Shown here: in pieces, positions 9,149 to 18,112 of the stretch
Numbering within the stretch: the stretch's first letter is position 1
Layout: the number at the start of each line of letters is the position of its first letter
IMG/VR virus record: IMGVR_UViG_3300046467_002136
Span: 1 to 64,000 of that record
Strand: one strand, 5' to 3'
Length of the DNA: 64,000 bases
DNA from: a virus
Position numbers and translations under genes: made by a program
Notes under the pieces: generated by a model
What the model was told of the DNA's origin: nothing
Databases searched by the model: none
The model's input: only the letters and a program-made list of their open reading frames with translations

Positions 9149-9844
9149 TCACGCAACTTTCATTGCGAGAGAGACCCCTAACCCTGAAGCCATATGGTAA
9201 ATTCGAGCATCCGCCATATCTGCGATGGCCGTATAGAGATCAGCATAATCGTGGGCACTGTCGTACTCAAACCATTTCCCATGGTCCGTTGTGCTGGTCA
9301 AAACGATTGACCCACCTACAGGTAGTTGGGAAAAAACATTTGTTACGATGTCAAAATTATGGTTAACCTGAGGCATGTGGATAGAGGCCATATCGTAAAT
9401 TGTTGGAAACAACGAATCTTCGACAGCTGTCATATCAAGGGTTTCATATTCTAAACCCGATATATCCATATGTCTTTCCATGTAATCTAAATGCAGGTTG
9501 TTGACAAGGGTGACATTTCCGATTCCTAATTTGAGTGGACAATAGGGAATCCCTATCACCAGCAATTCGGAAGGGTTCGCTAAACGAATCAGCATTTCTT
9601 GCATGCTTCGCATGTGGCTGTTAACCGCGTGAAAACTCGGAGAGTCTGATGCAATCCGCTCGTAGACACACAGTTCGTCGTTGTAGCCAATAACCCCTAT
9701 GCTTCGATCCATTCCATGACCGAGCTCTTCGTTGACTATGGCTGTTGCGGCAGTAATTTCTGATGCAGAGTCCATATTCGATTTATGATCAGCGGAAGTG
9801 GCTGCTTCCGCAACTTTCATCATGTCAATTGCGTCTAATGCCAT
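9149..9844 (-). CDS. Class I SAM methyltransferase-like protein (divergent)
   Basis: C-terminal YDMASI...QLPVGGSIVL...G.G...A.K pattern of O-methyltransferases; no clear GxGxG; paralogue of 15452..16213. Confidence 0.5.
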   Translation of the reverse strand: MALDAIDMMKVAEAATSADHKSNMDSASEITAATAIVNEELGHGMDRSIGVIGYNDELCVYERIASDSPSFHAVNSHMRSMQEMLIRLANPSELLVIGIPYCPLKLGIGNVTLVNNLHLDYMERHMDISGLEYETLDMTAVEDSLFPTIYDMASIHMPQVNHNFDIVTNVFSQLPVGGSIVLTSTTDHGKWFEYDSAHDYADLYTAIADMADARIYHMASGLGVSLAMKVA

Positions 9845-10116
9845 TATCCGTTCCTAGCTTGAATGAGATCGCGCTGATATATGAATTTACGAGCAATGTC
9901 ATAACGTCTTTGTCGTCCTCTGTAAACAGCTCGTTCTGACGCCGTCCAGTTTTCTGGATCGTAAACAGCGACGCTTTGGTACGTCGTAGTAATCAATGCT
10001 TTGAGCTCATCGAGAGTAATTGAGTTTGCAGATGTTTCGTCCCCGCCGACTCCGGCGATTTGAGTAGCTAGAGAATTACAGATATAAATGTAATGAGCAT
10101 CCATATCGTAAGCCAT
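9844..10116 (-). CDS. Small hypothetical protein (paralogue of 15150..15452)
   Basis: Coupled stop/start with neighbours; ITLDEL...I..T..RR...R pattern shared with 15150. Confidence 0.7.
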   Translation of the reverse strand: MAYDMDAHYIYICNSLATQIAGVGGDETSANSITLDELKALITTTYQSVAVYDPENWTASERAVYRGRQRRYDIARKFIYQRDLIQARNG

Positions 10117-10265
10117 TATGCTGTCTCCTCCGGTGGGTTCAAAATAGGATCGTCCAAGGTCATAACGGGGACATCAAACATGTTACATGGGACGGTGACG
10201 CCACTTTCGGGATCGATATCTCTATCCGTCCCCGAATTCCATCGTTCAGGTTTGACATCAGGCAT
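10116..10265 (-). CDS. 49-aa hypothetical protein (below the ORF-track cutoff), paralogue of 14959..15153
   Basis: MPDVKPERWNSGTDRDIDPESGVTVPCNMFDVPVMTLDDPILNPPEETA; GGAGA RBS; TAATG overlap with next gene. Confidence 0.65.
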   Translation of the reverse strand: MPDVKPERWNSGTDRDIDPESGVTVPCNMFDVPVMTLDDPILNPPEETA

Positions 10266-10300
10266 GATGGGTTCTCCAAGGAAGTCCTTATCTTATTGTA

Positions 10301-11047
10301 TCAGTCGTCTTTCTCGACGATCTCGTCTTCGTCTTCAGGTGTGTTTTTAAGACGAACATATGGAGATGACTCTGGATTCACGGTCCTGTTGTTATGCGCG
10401 TCCCATTCGGATTGCTGACAGGTAATAAAAGTAGACATAATGAATTTGTCTGAAGAAATCGGCACTAAGCCAGAGTGTGGGTGAGTCCAATGAGTAGGAA
10501 ATATAGCTATTCGACCTGCTTTAGCGGATATCACTTGACCCTGTTCTTCGAAACGAGTACCTCCTCCGACTTCAATATCGTTGAGGTAAATGAGAACTCC
10601 AAGGACTCGTTGCGTTATGCCTCCTGAAGAATGGTACTCCCATGGCACACCGTCACAGTGCTCGCGATACCATCCTGCTCCTTGACCAGAATGCTGGACT
10701 CGAAACCCTGTGTCCGTTAAACCCGGAGCGTGCCATAATTGCCTGTAAATCTCTTGATATTTGGCCAGAATAAGACGTACTGCTAAATACGCTTTGCTAT
10801 GTAGCGTGGCAAAAATAGGTACTGTATCGAGATTGCGTGTCTTTAAATAATCTTGAGCAATGCCCGTGTCCATATTGCTCTTGACTAAAGGACGAAGTCC
10901 CCCCAAGGTTGGACCTGGCTCAAACATGCTTTCGTAATAACGTCTAAAAGCTTCTACAGCTTCGTCGCACACCGATTTTTCGATAGCGTTATCAAGAGTC
11001 ATTATGTAATTGTCTTTACCACCCGGAAGATCAAATGAAAAAGTCAT
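10301..11047 (-). CDS. 2OG-Fe(II) oxygenase, prolyl-4-hydroxylase-like
   Basis: HCD...IYLND..GGGT.F...FPT.WTHPH. Confidence 0.85.
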   Translation of the reverse strand: MTFSFDLPGGKDNYIMTLDNAIEKSVCDEAVEAFRRYYESMFEPGPTLGGLRPLVKSNMDTGIAQDYLKTRNLDTVPIFATLHSKAYLAVRLILAKYQEIYRQLWHAPGLTDTGFRVQHSGQGAGWYREHCDGVPWEYHSSGGITQRVLGVLIYLNDIEVGGGTRFEEQGQVISAKAGRIAIFPTHWTHPHSGLVPISSDKFIMSTFITCQQSEWDAHNNRTVNPESSPYVRLKNTPEDEDEIVEKDD

Positions 11048-11048
11048 T

Positions 11049-12584
11049 TCATTGTTCCAATCTTGGAATCAGTATTCCGCCGAAATCATCAAAATGCCAT
11101 TCAGCACGATTCTCTGCGTATTCCTTATGGGCACGTTTCAACACGGTTCGATGAGGAAGTTCCCGACCCGACTGTAAACGGTCATCTCTTATATCCATTA
11201 TTCTCTTTTGGCAGGAACCAGGAGAATCATTTGCTATAACTCCAGCCATGCATCCTTTGGCATTAATCAAACCTTGACCTTGTCCAACATGCCAAAAATG
11301 ACTAGATCTAAATAGTTCAAATCCAGTTAAGTCCAGATCGTGATCTTCTGGTCCCCTGTATTTAAACATTTCAATTAAAAAATTAAGCAATTCTGTCCTG
11401 TTCGCATTTTGCTGCTCTACCCACATTGGCGAATCGTTGCGATCAGTGACGTAATGCATGCCCACCATAGTCAAAAGGTTATCGAACATTGAATCAAAAA
11501 CCTTCAAGTACCCATGTTGTTGAACACCAGAATTGGGTTCATAGGTAGGCAGATAAGAACAAAGTAAGCGACATTGTTCAATGGTCGCTGCTATGGAGGT
11601 TGCCTCTAAGGGTTCAACGAAATTGGAAGCTAATCCAATAGCGACGCAATTGAATTGCCACGAATTCTGTACTTTGTATGGTCTGTATTTGATAGTTCGG
11701 ACATCTTTGACGGGTTCATCGATGTATTCTTCGACTTCTTTGATCGCATGTTCTTCATCAGTGTGACGCGAAGAGAATACATATCCGTGCCCACGACGTT
11801 CATAAGTAGGAATATCCCAATGCCAGCCTGCAGACAAAGCTTTAGCTTCGGTAAAAGGTTTTATTGAGTCGTTTCCGGGTGTTTGGAATACCAACGCCGT
11901 ATCGCAAGGAAGATAATCATCAAAAAAGGTTTGATGAGTGTTGTCAAGTTCCTTGAGAATTACTTGGTTGAACCCACTCGCATCAATAACAAAATCTGTT
12001 TTCACATCTCCCGTAGACGTGACTATGGTCGTAATATCACCAGAATCGGAATCCCTTTTTATCCCAATTACTGAAGCATCTATAAAATTAACGCCCTGTG
12101 TCAAAGCGTGTCCTCTTAAAAAGCCATTCAGTTTTGCACTGTCAAAATGAAATTGGTTTACTTGATTCCATGGCTGTTTCGTGTCCTGCACTTCATTATC
12201 AATTAATCCAGGATGAGCAAGTGTGGGTGTGAGTTGTCTGTCAGAGGCATGAATGTAACTATAAAGACCGTTGAAACTGCCTAGCCTCGTATACAGCCCC
12301 TCGCCAACGATGCTATGAAAATAGTCTGGCGTGTGGGTGGTCCAATCCAAAAATCGAATCCCATATTTGAAAGTAGCCATCGAAGCTTTGATTAGATCAG
12401 GGCGGTTTATTCCTACTCTTCCTTCGTAAGCAGCCCAATGTTCGGTACTACCTTCCCCTACTCCAATGGGAGGGATGTCACCTGAAGCGATAACGGTTAC
12501 GTCAAATTTGTGAAATGCGGCTTTGATTGTTGTTGCTGCGATTAAGCCTGCTTGCCCTGCCCCAACGATAGAAATACGTTTCAT
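11049..12584 (-). CDS. Flavin-dependent halogenase (tryptophan halogenase / PrnA family)
   Basis: GAGQAG FAD motif, IGVGEGS, ATFKYGIRF (catalytic-Lys position), GWHWDIP (WxWxIP), FVEPLEATSI. Confidence 0.85.
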   Translation of the reverse strand: MKRISIVGAGQAGLIAATTIKAAFHKFDVTVIASGDIPPIGVGEGSTEHWAAYEGRVGINRPDLIKASMATFKYGIRFLDWTTHTPDYFHSIVGEGLYTRLGSFNGLYSYIHASDRQLTPTLAHPGLIDNEVQDTKQPWNQVNQFHFDSAKLNGFLRGHALTQGVNFIDASVIGIKRDSDSGDITTIVTSTGDVKTDFVIDASGFNQVILKELDNTHQTFFDDYLPCDTALVFQTPGNDSIKPFTEAKALSAGWHWDIPTYERRGHGYVFSSRHTDEEHAIKEVEEYIDEPVKDVRTIKYRPYKVQNSWQFNCVAIGLASNFVEPLEATSIAATIEQCRLLCSYLPTYEPNSGVQQHGYLKVFDSMFDNLLTMVGMHYVTDRNDSPMWVEQQNANRTELLNFLIEMFKYRGPEDHDLDLTGFELFRSSHFWHVGQGQGLINAKGCMAGVIANDSPGSCQKRIMDIRDDRLQSGRELPHRTVLKRAHKEYAENRAEWHFDDFGGILIPRLEQ

Positions 12585-12588
12585 AGAC

Positions 12589-13152
12589 TCAGCTCGGCCA
12601 CATGTATCTAAAAGTCAAAAACGCTTCTTTGTCAACTGGTTTTATTCGTAGATCCGTAGGAAATCCGCACGGCATAAGTACAACATCTCCCGCAGAAACA
12701 TCGAATTCGACATCATGTCGGTCCAATCTCATAACTACATCACTCAGAGCCATCGCTATAAGAGTTGTGACAAAATTGTTTTGTGGCCAAAGGGAGGCAG
12801 AAAAGTTATCTCCGTTACCTTTAAGCCACATCATATTAGTTCCGGTGTCTAGCTTGTAATTAATGCCGTACATTCGGGCATGACTATGTACACAGTCTTC
12901 GGTTATCTCGTTCATGTCCCAAAAAGCTTTTCGTATCTTGGCTAATTTAGGAATAGCAGATGAATGAACATTAGACATAGGAGAAAAACTGCTTGCACAG
13001 TGTTCTCCCTCGTATTTAACGCCGACATAAAAAGGCACATAAGACCAAGGTCGCTCGGCTTCCACCATGTAGCTTTCGATAAGATCACCAGCGTCATAAC
13101 CACAATGGAAAACTTCGACACCGGGAACTATTTCAGTAACTCCAGTAATCAT
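12589..13152 (-). CDS. Degenerate 2OG-Fe(II) oxygenase-like protein lacking metal ligands
   Basis: Aligns by eye to 25389..26105 (YGIN...TN; AGD....P..FP) but has no HxD or distal His. Confidence 0.5.
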   Translation of the reverse strand: MITGVTEIVPGVEVFHCGYDAGDLIESYMVEAERPWSYVPFYVGVKYEGEHCASSFSPMSNVHSSAIPKLAKIRKAFWDMNEITEDCVHSHARMYGINYKLDTGTNMMWLKGNGDNFSASLWPQNNFVTTLIAMALSDVVMRLDRHDVEFDVSAGDVVLMPCGFPTDLRIKPVDKEAFLTFRYMWPS

Positions 13153-13811
13153 ACGAAAAATCCCGCGAGGCTGTATTTAAGCTCTTGGCTGTTTAAACCG
13201 GTTGGTTCCGAGGCGTGAGAATAAACATACGAGGAAGGGAAAACAAGAATGTTCCCTTCTACCGATGGAACAGAAACATTTTGATAAGGAAAAACAGTAA
13301 CGCCACCGTCCTTGACCGTATTCAAATACACGATGCACGATATGATTCGGGGGTCATTGGTGCCGTGATCGGTATGAATTTTATATTGACCACCATGACC
13401 GTATTTGTTGATACTCCATGCCTGACAATCGTTAAGTTTTAAATCGTATATGCGTCGATAATCCCAAATAGCCCGTTCGGCTTCGTATAAAACTGGATAT
13501 GCAATTTTTTGGAGCTCCGTATAAGTGTCAGCAAAAGGGTCAGCTCCACCTAACATCGAGTCCAAGTCTTTGCCTCGACTGGTTCTGATGTTGCTTGCCT
13601 TTAGACCATCTCTTCGTGAACCAGTTTTTGATTGGTCCCAATCGGTTGACTCACCGTCTATTTCTATTCCTTCTATAAACTTTTGACCGTCGAACGAACC
13701 ACTGTAAACATGCATAAAAGGAGCAATCTCAACATGAGGAAAAGGATCGTTTTCTAAGGATTGGCGAGCGAGATGCGGGTTCGGTATCCCTTTAGGAAAC
13801 GTTGTTACCAT
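13149..13811 (-). CDS. 2OG-Fe(II) oxygenase, prolyl-4-hydroxylase-like
   Basis: HTD...IVYLN...GG.T.F...FPSSYVYSH...KYS. Confidence 0.85.
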   Translation of the reverse strand: MVTTFPKGIPNPHLARQSLENDPFPHVEIAPFMHVYSGSFDGQKFIEGIEIDGESTDWDQSKTGSRRDGLKASNIRTSRGKDLDSMLGGADPFADTYTELQKIAYPVLYEAERAIWDYRRIYDLKLNDCQAWSINKYGHGGQYKIHTDHGTNDPRIISCIVYLNTVKDGGVTVFPYQNVSVPSVEGNILVFPSSYVYSHASEPTGLNSQELKYSLAGFFV

Positions 13812-14227
13812 GCCACTACTGAAATTTCTTCTACTGCGATCTCGCCATCGTCGTCAAAAACGCGGACGTGGTATCGTCCTGAACATGGAAAACGGATTCT
13901 CCAACCCTTGTAATGAGGGTCACCACCCAGTTGTGCTTCCATATGAGTTGTTCCCTGAGGACCGTCATAAGCTAAACGCACATTTTCTACTGTTGTGAAT
14001 TCATCTAAATAATTACAGGCAAGCGTTTCGTAAGGTTTGAGGTAAGCGCTAGATACCTTGAAATGCTGTTCAGTTGGAATAACCAACATTTGAGCTTTTT
14101 CTCTATCAAATTCAAATGGTTTAGTTAAATCACTTTCCCCCATCTGAACATGCACACCCCAAGGAGCAGCTAATTGTTCAGCTTCTTCTAGGTGATCTTC
14201 CGAAGGACAATAGCAAATCCGTTCCAT
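13805..14227 (-). CDS. Hypothetical protein
   Basis: 140-aa ORF overlapping the next gene's start. Confidence 0.65.
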   Translation of the reverse strand: MERICYCPSEDHLEEAEQLAAPWGVHVQMGESDLTKPFEFDREKAQMLVIPTEQHFKVSSAYLKPYETLACNYLDEFTTVENVRLAYDGPQGTTHMEAQLGGDPHYKGWRIRFPCSGRYHVRVFDDDGEIAVEEISVVAW

Positions 14228-14230
14228 TGT

Positions 14231-14431
14231 TTATTCCTCTACGGAATCATCCGCGATGGGCTCTGCGTCTTTGACAACTTCTGCCGGTGGACCGTCAGGA
14301 GCCGCTGCCACCTGTTGCTGTTGTATTTGCTTAAGGGCTGTACGGAGTACTGCATTGTCTATAGATAATCGCTTCACTTGGTCTGCTAGATCGTCAATGA
14401 CACCTTGTGGAGAAACCGCATCGTTTTGCAT
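14231..14431 (-). CDS. Small coiled-coil hypothetical protein
   Basis: VIDDLADQVKRLSIDNAVLRTALKQ heptads. Confidence 0.6.
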   Translation of the reverse strand: MQNDAVSPQGVIDDLADQVKRLSIDNAVLRTALKQIQQQQVAAAPDGPPAEVVKDAEPIADDSVEE

Positions 14432-14509
14432 ACCTAGACCTTACCACGAGCGTGTAACTTACTGGTATCATGGAAACGTTACCTAGGACGACTCCCTGTG
14501 AGGCTATAA

Positions 14510-14749
14510 ATGGATTTCTCAGCTGAACTTACCACCGCCGAAAAAATGACTGCCTGCACCAAAGCCATTAACATCCTTGAGCCTTCGGTCTACGAGGCAA
14601 TTCTTAATATGGGATTAATCCCAGCTGATATAGCATCGGATTACACGGCACCCGGAACGCTGGAGACACATCCGCTCGAACATCGCATTGAAACTGAGTT
14701 GGCTAAGCTAAACGCTGTGAAGGCTCACCTAGCAAGCTTGTCAGGTTAA
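14510..14749 (+). CDS. Small hypothetical protein
   Basis: GAGG RBS; first gene of the plus-strand block. Confidence 0.7.
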   Translation: MDFSAELTTAEKMTACTKAINILEPSVYEAILNMGLIPADIASDYTAPGTLETHPLEHRIETELAKLNAVKAHLASLSG

Positions 14750-14752
14750 ATC

Positions 14753-14962
14753 ATGGCCCTTTCAGCAGCGGACACCGCTGCCGCGAAGGCGGATGCCGTA
14801 GAATTCTTGGAGTATTCACTCCAAGTTCTCTGTCTTTCATTAGGGATGGACCCTGCTGATGCGTCTAGTTCTTTTACGAATCCGGTCGCTTCGGATCATC
14901 CTTCTTATAATGCGTACTTATCAGTTATAGCGCAGGCCACTGCTTTGGAGGCGTTGGCATGA
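14753..14962 (+). CDS. Small hypothetical protein (paralogue of 14510)
   Basis: LE.S...L...LG.DPAD.SS..T.P shared with 14510. Confidence 0.7.
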   Translation: MALSAADTAAAKADAVEFLEYSLQVLCLSLGMDPADASSSFTNPVASDHPSYNAYLSVIAQATALEALA

Positions 14963-15153
14963 GTCTCCCTCCTCAAACAATTATTGAAACAGATGGGGTG
15001 GCCTATCACGACGAAGCTCCCGGTACCAGAGACGACGATATTCGTGTTTGGAATTCAGCAAAAGCCCGAATGGAATGGGTATCTGATGGTGGTACCACCT
15101 ATTGCCCGGGATTTCGTAGAGAAAGATACGGAACCACCGAAGAGGCGTCATGA
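14959..15153 (+). CDS. Small hypothetical protein
   Basis: ATGA overlaps on both sides; R.WNS...C..F...EE motif shared with 10116..10265. Confidence 0.65.
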   Translation: MSLPPQTIIETDGVAYHDEAPGTRDDDIRVWNSAKARMEWVSDGGTTYCPGFRRERYGTTEEAS

Positions 15154-15452
15154 GCGTTCGTAGCACTCCGGGGACACTTTATTCCAACGATGCGGAACTG
15201 TCGTTCGTAGAATCTGAGATTGCTCGGATTATGTACGCGGCTGGGCTCGATTGGGCTGACATCGATACGACAACCATTGATGACATCGTTGACAAGATCC
15301 GTGAGACTTTCACATACGGAACCGCCGTGGGTTCCGAAAGTGCAACGGTTTTAAACGCATCAGATGAGTGGCTTCTACTCCAACAAGAAGTGCTTATTAG
15401 CCCCCTGCGCCGTACTTGGCGTAGGCGTGCTCTCGCGACCGGGCGTGCGTAA
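15150..15452 (+). CDS. Small hypothetical protein
   Basis: Coupled to both neighbours; paralogue of 9844..10116. Confidence 0.7.
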   Translation: MSVRSTPGTLYSNDAELSFVESEIARIMYAAGLDWADIDTTTIDDIVDKIRETFTYGTAVGSESATVLNASDEWLLLQQEVLISPLRRTWRRRALATGRA

Positions 15453-16213
15453 TGGCTGAAAACCATTGGAGTAAAGCTCTTCGAGTCGCCCGCGACAGCT
15501 CTAATTTCGGATGGGAAGGAGCATTTTCCAACAGTGCGGCTATGAATGACTGGGCAACTGCTGTTGCTGCCGATTATGTCTCCCACAATCTAGACCAGCG
15601 AGATATCGCTGTCGGTGGCGAGTTTGAGATAGTCAAGATGGACATGTACAAGACCCCTGCGGAGAACTGGGAAAACGTCTTGTGGGGGGCCTACATGGTC
15701 ACGATCGTGCTTTCTCAGTTGATGGGCACAACCAATCCGAAAATGTTAATTGATAATCCTTTTCCAATTGTCCCATTGTTCGACATGTTGGAAGGCCCCA
15801 CACCACTCAGGGACTATACGGTCTTAAACACTTACAACCTGTATGACTGGGAGGAATTCGGACTTACTTTATCCGACGTAACAAATAATTATTCAGATAT
15901 ACAATATTCGGCACTGGATATGCAAGATCTTCTCGATGGGGAAGGAGCGGGCACATTCGACATGGTTCGTCTTGGACCGCAAACCCTGCACTCCATTAAC
16001 AACCGTGTGATTGACGCTGTCTTAGGTTTACTCAAGGTCGGGGGAGTACTCCACTTTACTAACACTAGTGGCTACCAAAGTTTGTATAACTTGGGAACAG
16101 CTCATCGCCATCCGTACACTCGTTTTAATCGACATATCGCGGCCCAGGCAAACTTTGACGTATATCATGTGCCTATGGAACAGGGAATGATTATTGCCAA
16201 ACGGCTGTCGTAG
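15452..16213 (+). CDS. Class I SAM methyltransferase-like protein (divergent)
   Basis: GTFDMVRL...LLKVGGVLHF...G.IIAKR, the C-terminal signature of O-methyltransferases. Confidence 0.55.
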   Translation: MAENHWSKALRVARDSSNFGWEGAFSNSAAMNDWATAVAADYVSHNLDQRDIAVGGEFEIVKMDMYKTPAENWENVLWGAYMVTIVLSQLMGTTNPKMLIDNPFPIVPLFDMLEGPTPLRDYTVLNTYNLYDWEEFGLTLSDVTNNYSDIQYSALDMQDLLDGEGAGTFDMVRLGPQTLHSINNRVIDAVLGLLKVGGVLHFTNTSGYQSLYNLGTAHRHPYTRFNRHIAAQANFDVYHVPMEQGMIIAKRLS

Positions 16214-16224
16214 ATAGAAACACA

Positions 16225-17256
16225 ATGATTGAATATCCGGAACCTAACCAGCCGCCGCACATTCAGCCAAAATTGAGTGACGCAGACATTCCAGACATTG
16301 CCTCACTCGACTTTGACGCATACCCAAGCGGTGTAGTTCATTTCAAAAAAATTATCGATGTAGACACCGACCTAATCCTTCCCTACGTCAAAAAAGAAGC
16401 TCAACCATCCAACTGTGGACTTAAATGGATGGAAGACGGTGACGAAAAATGGGCAGAAGATTTTCAAGGCAACAAACATGACATCAGCTTGTTACTTGAA
16501 CAGCCAGCCCGTTTAGGTGGACTGGGTGAAAACGAACCCGTTATGGAACACACCCCAGAAGAAATAATCAAGTTCTTCAACAAATGTGAACAAGCGTTTT
16601 ATAAATGCTTAATTCGCTACATAGATCTCTACCCCATGATGCTTAATACAATCTGGTGGAGAATGAGGGGCCACGTTTTGTATTACAAGCCTGGGGGCTT
16701 GATCGGACTACACAACGACAACGACACCAACTTCAGGGTTGTTGACGGACTTCGTTATCAAACCGCAAGAAATATTGCGATCTACCAAGTTCTAAACGGG
16801 ATGATTGACATTAGCGAAAGCTATGAGGGCGGTGAATTCGTTTTCCCACACTCAGATTGTGTAATCAAAACAGAAACCGGTGATGCTGTCTTTTTCCCAG
16901 CCAATTATCTAGGGGCACACGGAGTTAAAAAGGTCGAATCAGGAGAACGGTTTTCATATCTAACACAATTCGGACAAGGCAAAGAAGACGAATTTAGGAT
17001 ATTGGAAGCTACAGAAAGCCACAGCTGGTTGCCGCCCGCGTACATGCCGTGGATTTTCCAAGACTACGAACGCTACTTCAAATCTGAATATTCGGATTCC
17101 GGAACCCAATGGCGTGGTGCTCGACAAGGTGGCAGTCCAACCATGCTTCCATGTCCAGACGGGTCTCTAGAGGCTATTCGAACATCCAACCCCTGTTCCC
17201 AGAACCGACCGCTTGAAGGTGACCCTGAGGGCGTGTATCAGCCCTATGATGCATGA
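16225..17256 (+). CDS. 2OG-Fe(II) oxygenase (WW subfamily)
   Basis: IWWRMRGH..Y..GG.IGLHND...YEGGEF.F...FPANYLGAHGV..GERFSY. Confidence 0.85.
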   Translation: MIEYPEPNQPPHIQPKLSDADIPDIASLDFDAYPSGVVHFKKIIDVDTDLILPYVKKEAQPSNCGLKWMEDGDEKWAEDFQGNKHDISLLLEQPARLGGLGENEPVMEHTPEEIIKFFNKCEQAFYKCLIRYIDLYPMMLNTIWWRMRGHVLYYKPGGLIGLHNDNDTNFRVVDGLRYQTARNIAIYQVLNGMIDISESYEGGEFVFPHSDCVIKTETGDAVFFPANYLGAHGVKKVESGERFSYLTQFGQGKEDEFRILEATESHSWLPPAYMPWIFQDYERYFKSEYSDSGTQWRGARQGGSPTMLPCPDGSLEAIRTSNPCSQNRPLEGDPEGVYQPYDA

Positions 17257-18112
17257 AATGGAACACTACGCCAACGGCATTTCGATACAACGGGCCGCTA
17301 TTAAAACTCCTACACATGTTGTAGAGCAGCTTCTGGATCTACGCGACCAACAACTTCACGACCAGTATGAATTTGATGGCGATATTGCGATACATAGAGA
17401 TAGTGGTATCCATTATCTTTTAGAGAAGGATATTCTCCAACAACCCGTTCGCGTTCACCCACACGGACACGATGGAATGGAAGCCGTCGATACACAGTTT
17501 TGGAAGGACTGTGATCGTCTCTGTTATGGCGCGGTGCTCGAATATATTAAGAAATATCCAACCATTATTGCTTCCCTGTGGTGGAGAAACCGTGGTCATG
17601 TTCTGATTTATGAACCCGGAGCTTTTTTGGGTTTACATCAAGACCAAGATGTTGGTTACACTTGGAGCAATCGCGATAATGTTGTTGGAAAATACGAAAT
17701 CTCAACTCGTAATACAATTAGCACTACCATGCATATCGTCGATTCCGACGGCGGTGAAATGCATTTCCCTTACGCCGACCTGACTGTTGAAGCGTGCGAA
17801 GGCGATATTCTGATCTTTCCTGCTAACTATGTAGCTGCTCATGAGGTCACCCCCATCAAAGAGGGTAGTAGGCGGATCTCTTATCTGGCTTGGTTCGGAC
17901 AGGGTTCGACTGAACCGCTAGTTCAACCAAATGGGCCACTAGATATCGTTGAGCCCGTAGGGGACAGGGTCGACCCGTTTATGTGGTGTCCAACCATCGC
18001 CGACGATTTCATTAATGCTTCGGGTTGGACCGACGATGAGATGAAGTTCAAATATCCTGCATGGCGCAGGGAATCTGTACCGAATTACCACATCAATAAA
18101 AAGGGCGAATGA
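17246..18112 (+). CDS. 2OG-Fe(II) oxygenase (WW subfamily)
   Basis: LWWRNRGH...LGLHQD...FPANYVAAHEV...RRISY; start moved to the first ATG. Confidence 0.85.
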   Translation: MMHEMEHYANGISIQRAAIKTPTHVVEQLLDLRDQQLHDQYEFDGDIAIHRDSGIHYLLEKDILQQPVRVHPHGHDGMEAVDTQFWKDCDRLCYGAVLEYIKKYPTIIASLWWRNRGHVLIYEPGAFLGLHQDQDVGYTWSNRDNVVGKYEISTRNTISTTMHIVDSDGGEMHFPYADLTVEACEGDILIFPANYVAAHEVTPIKEGSRRISYLAWFGQGSTEPLVQPNGPLDIVEPVGDRVDPFMWCPTIADDFINASGWTDDEMKFKYPAWRRESVPNYHINKKGE

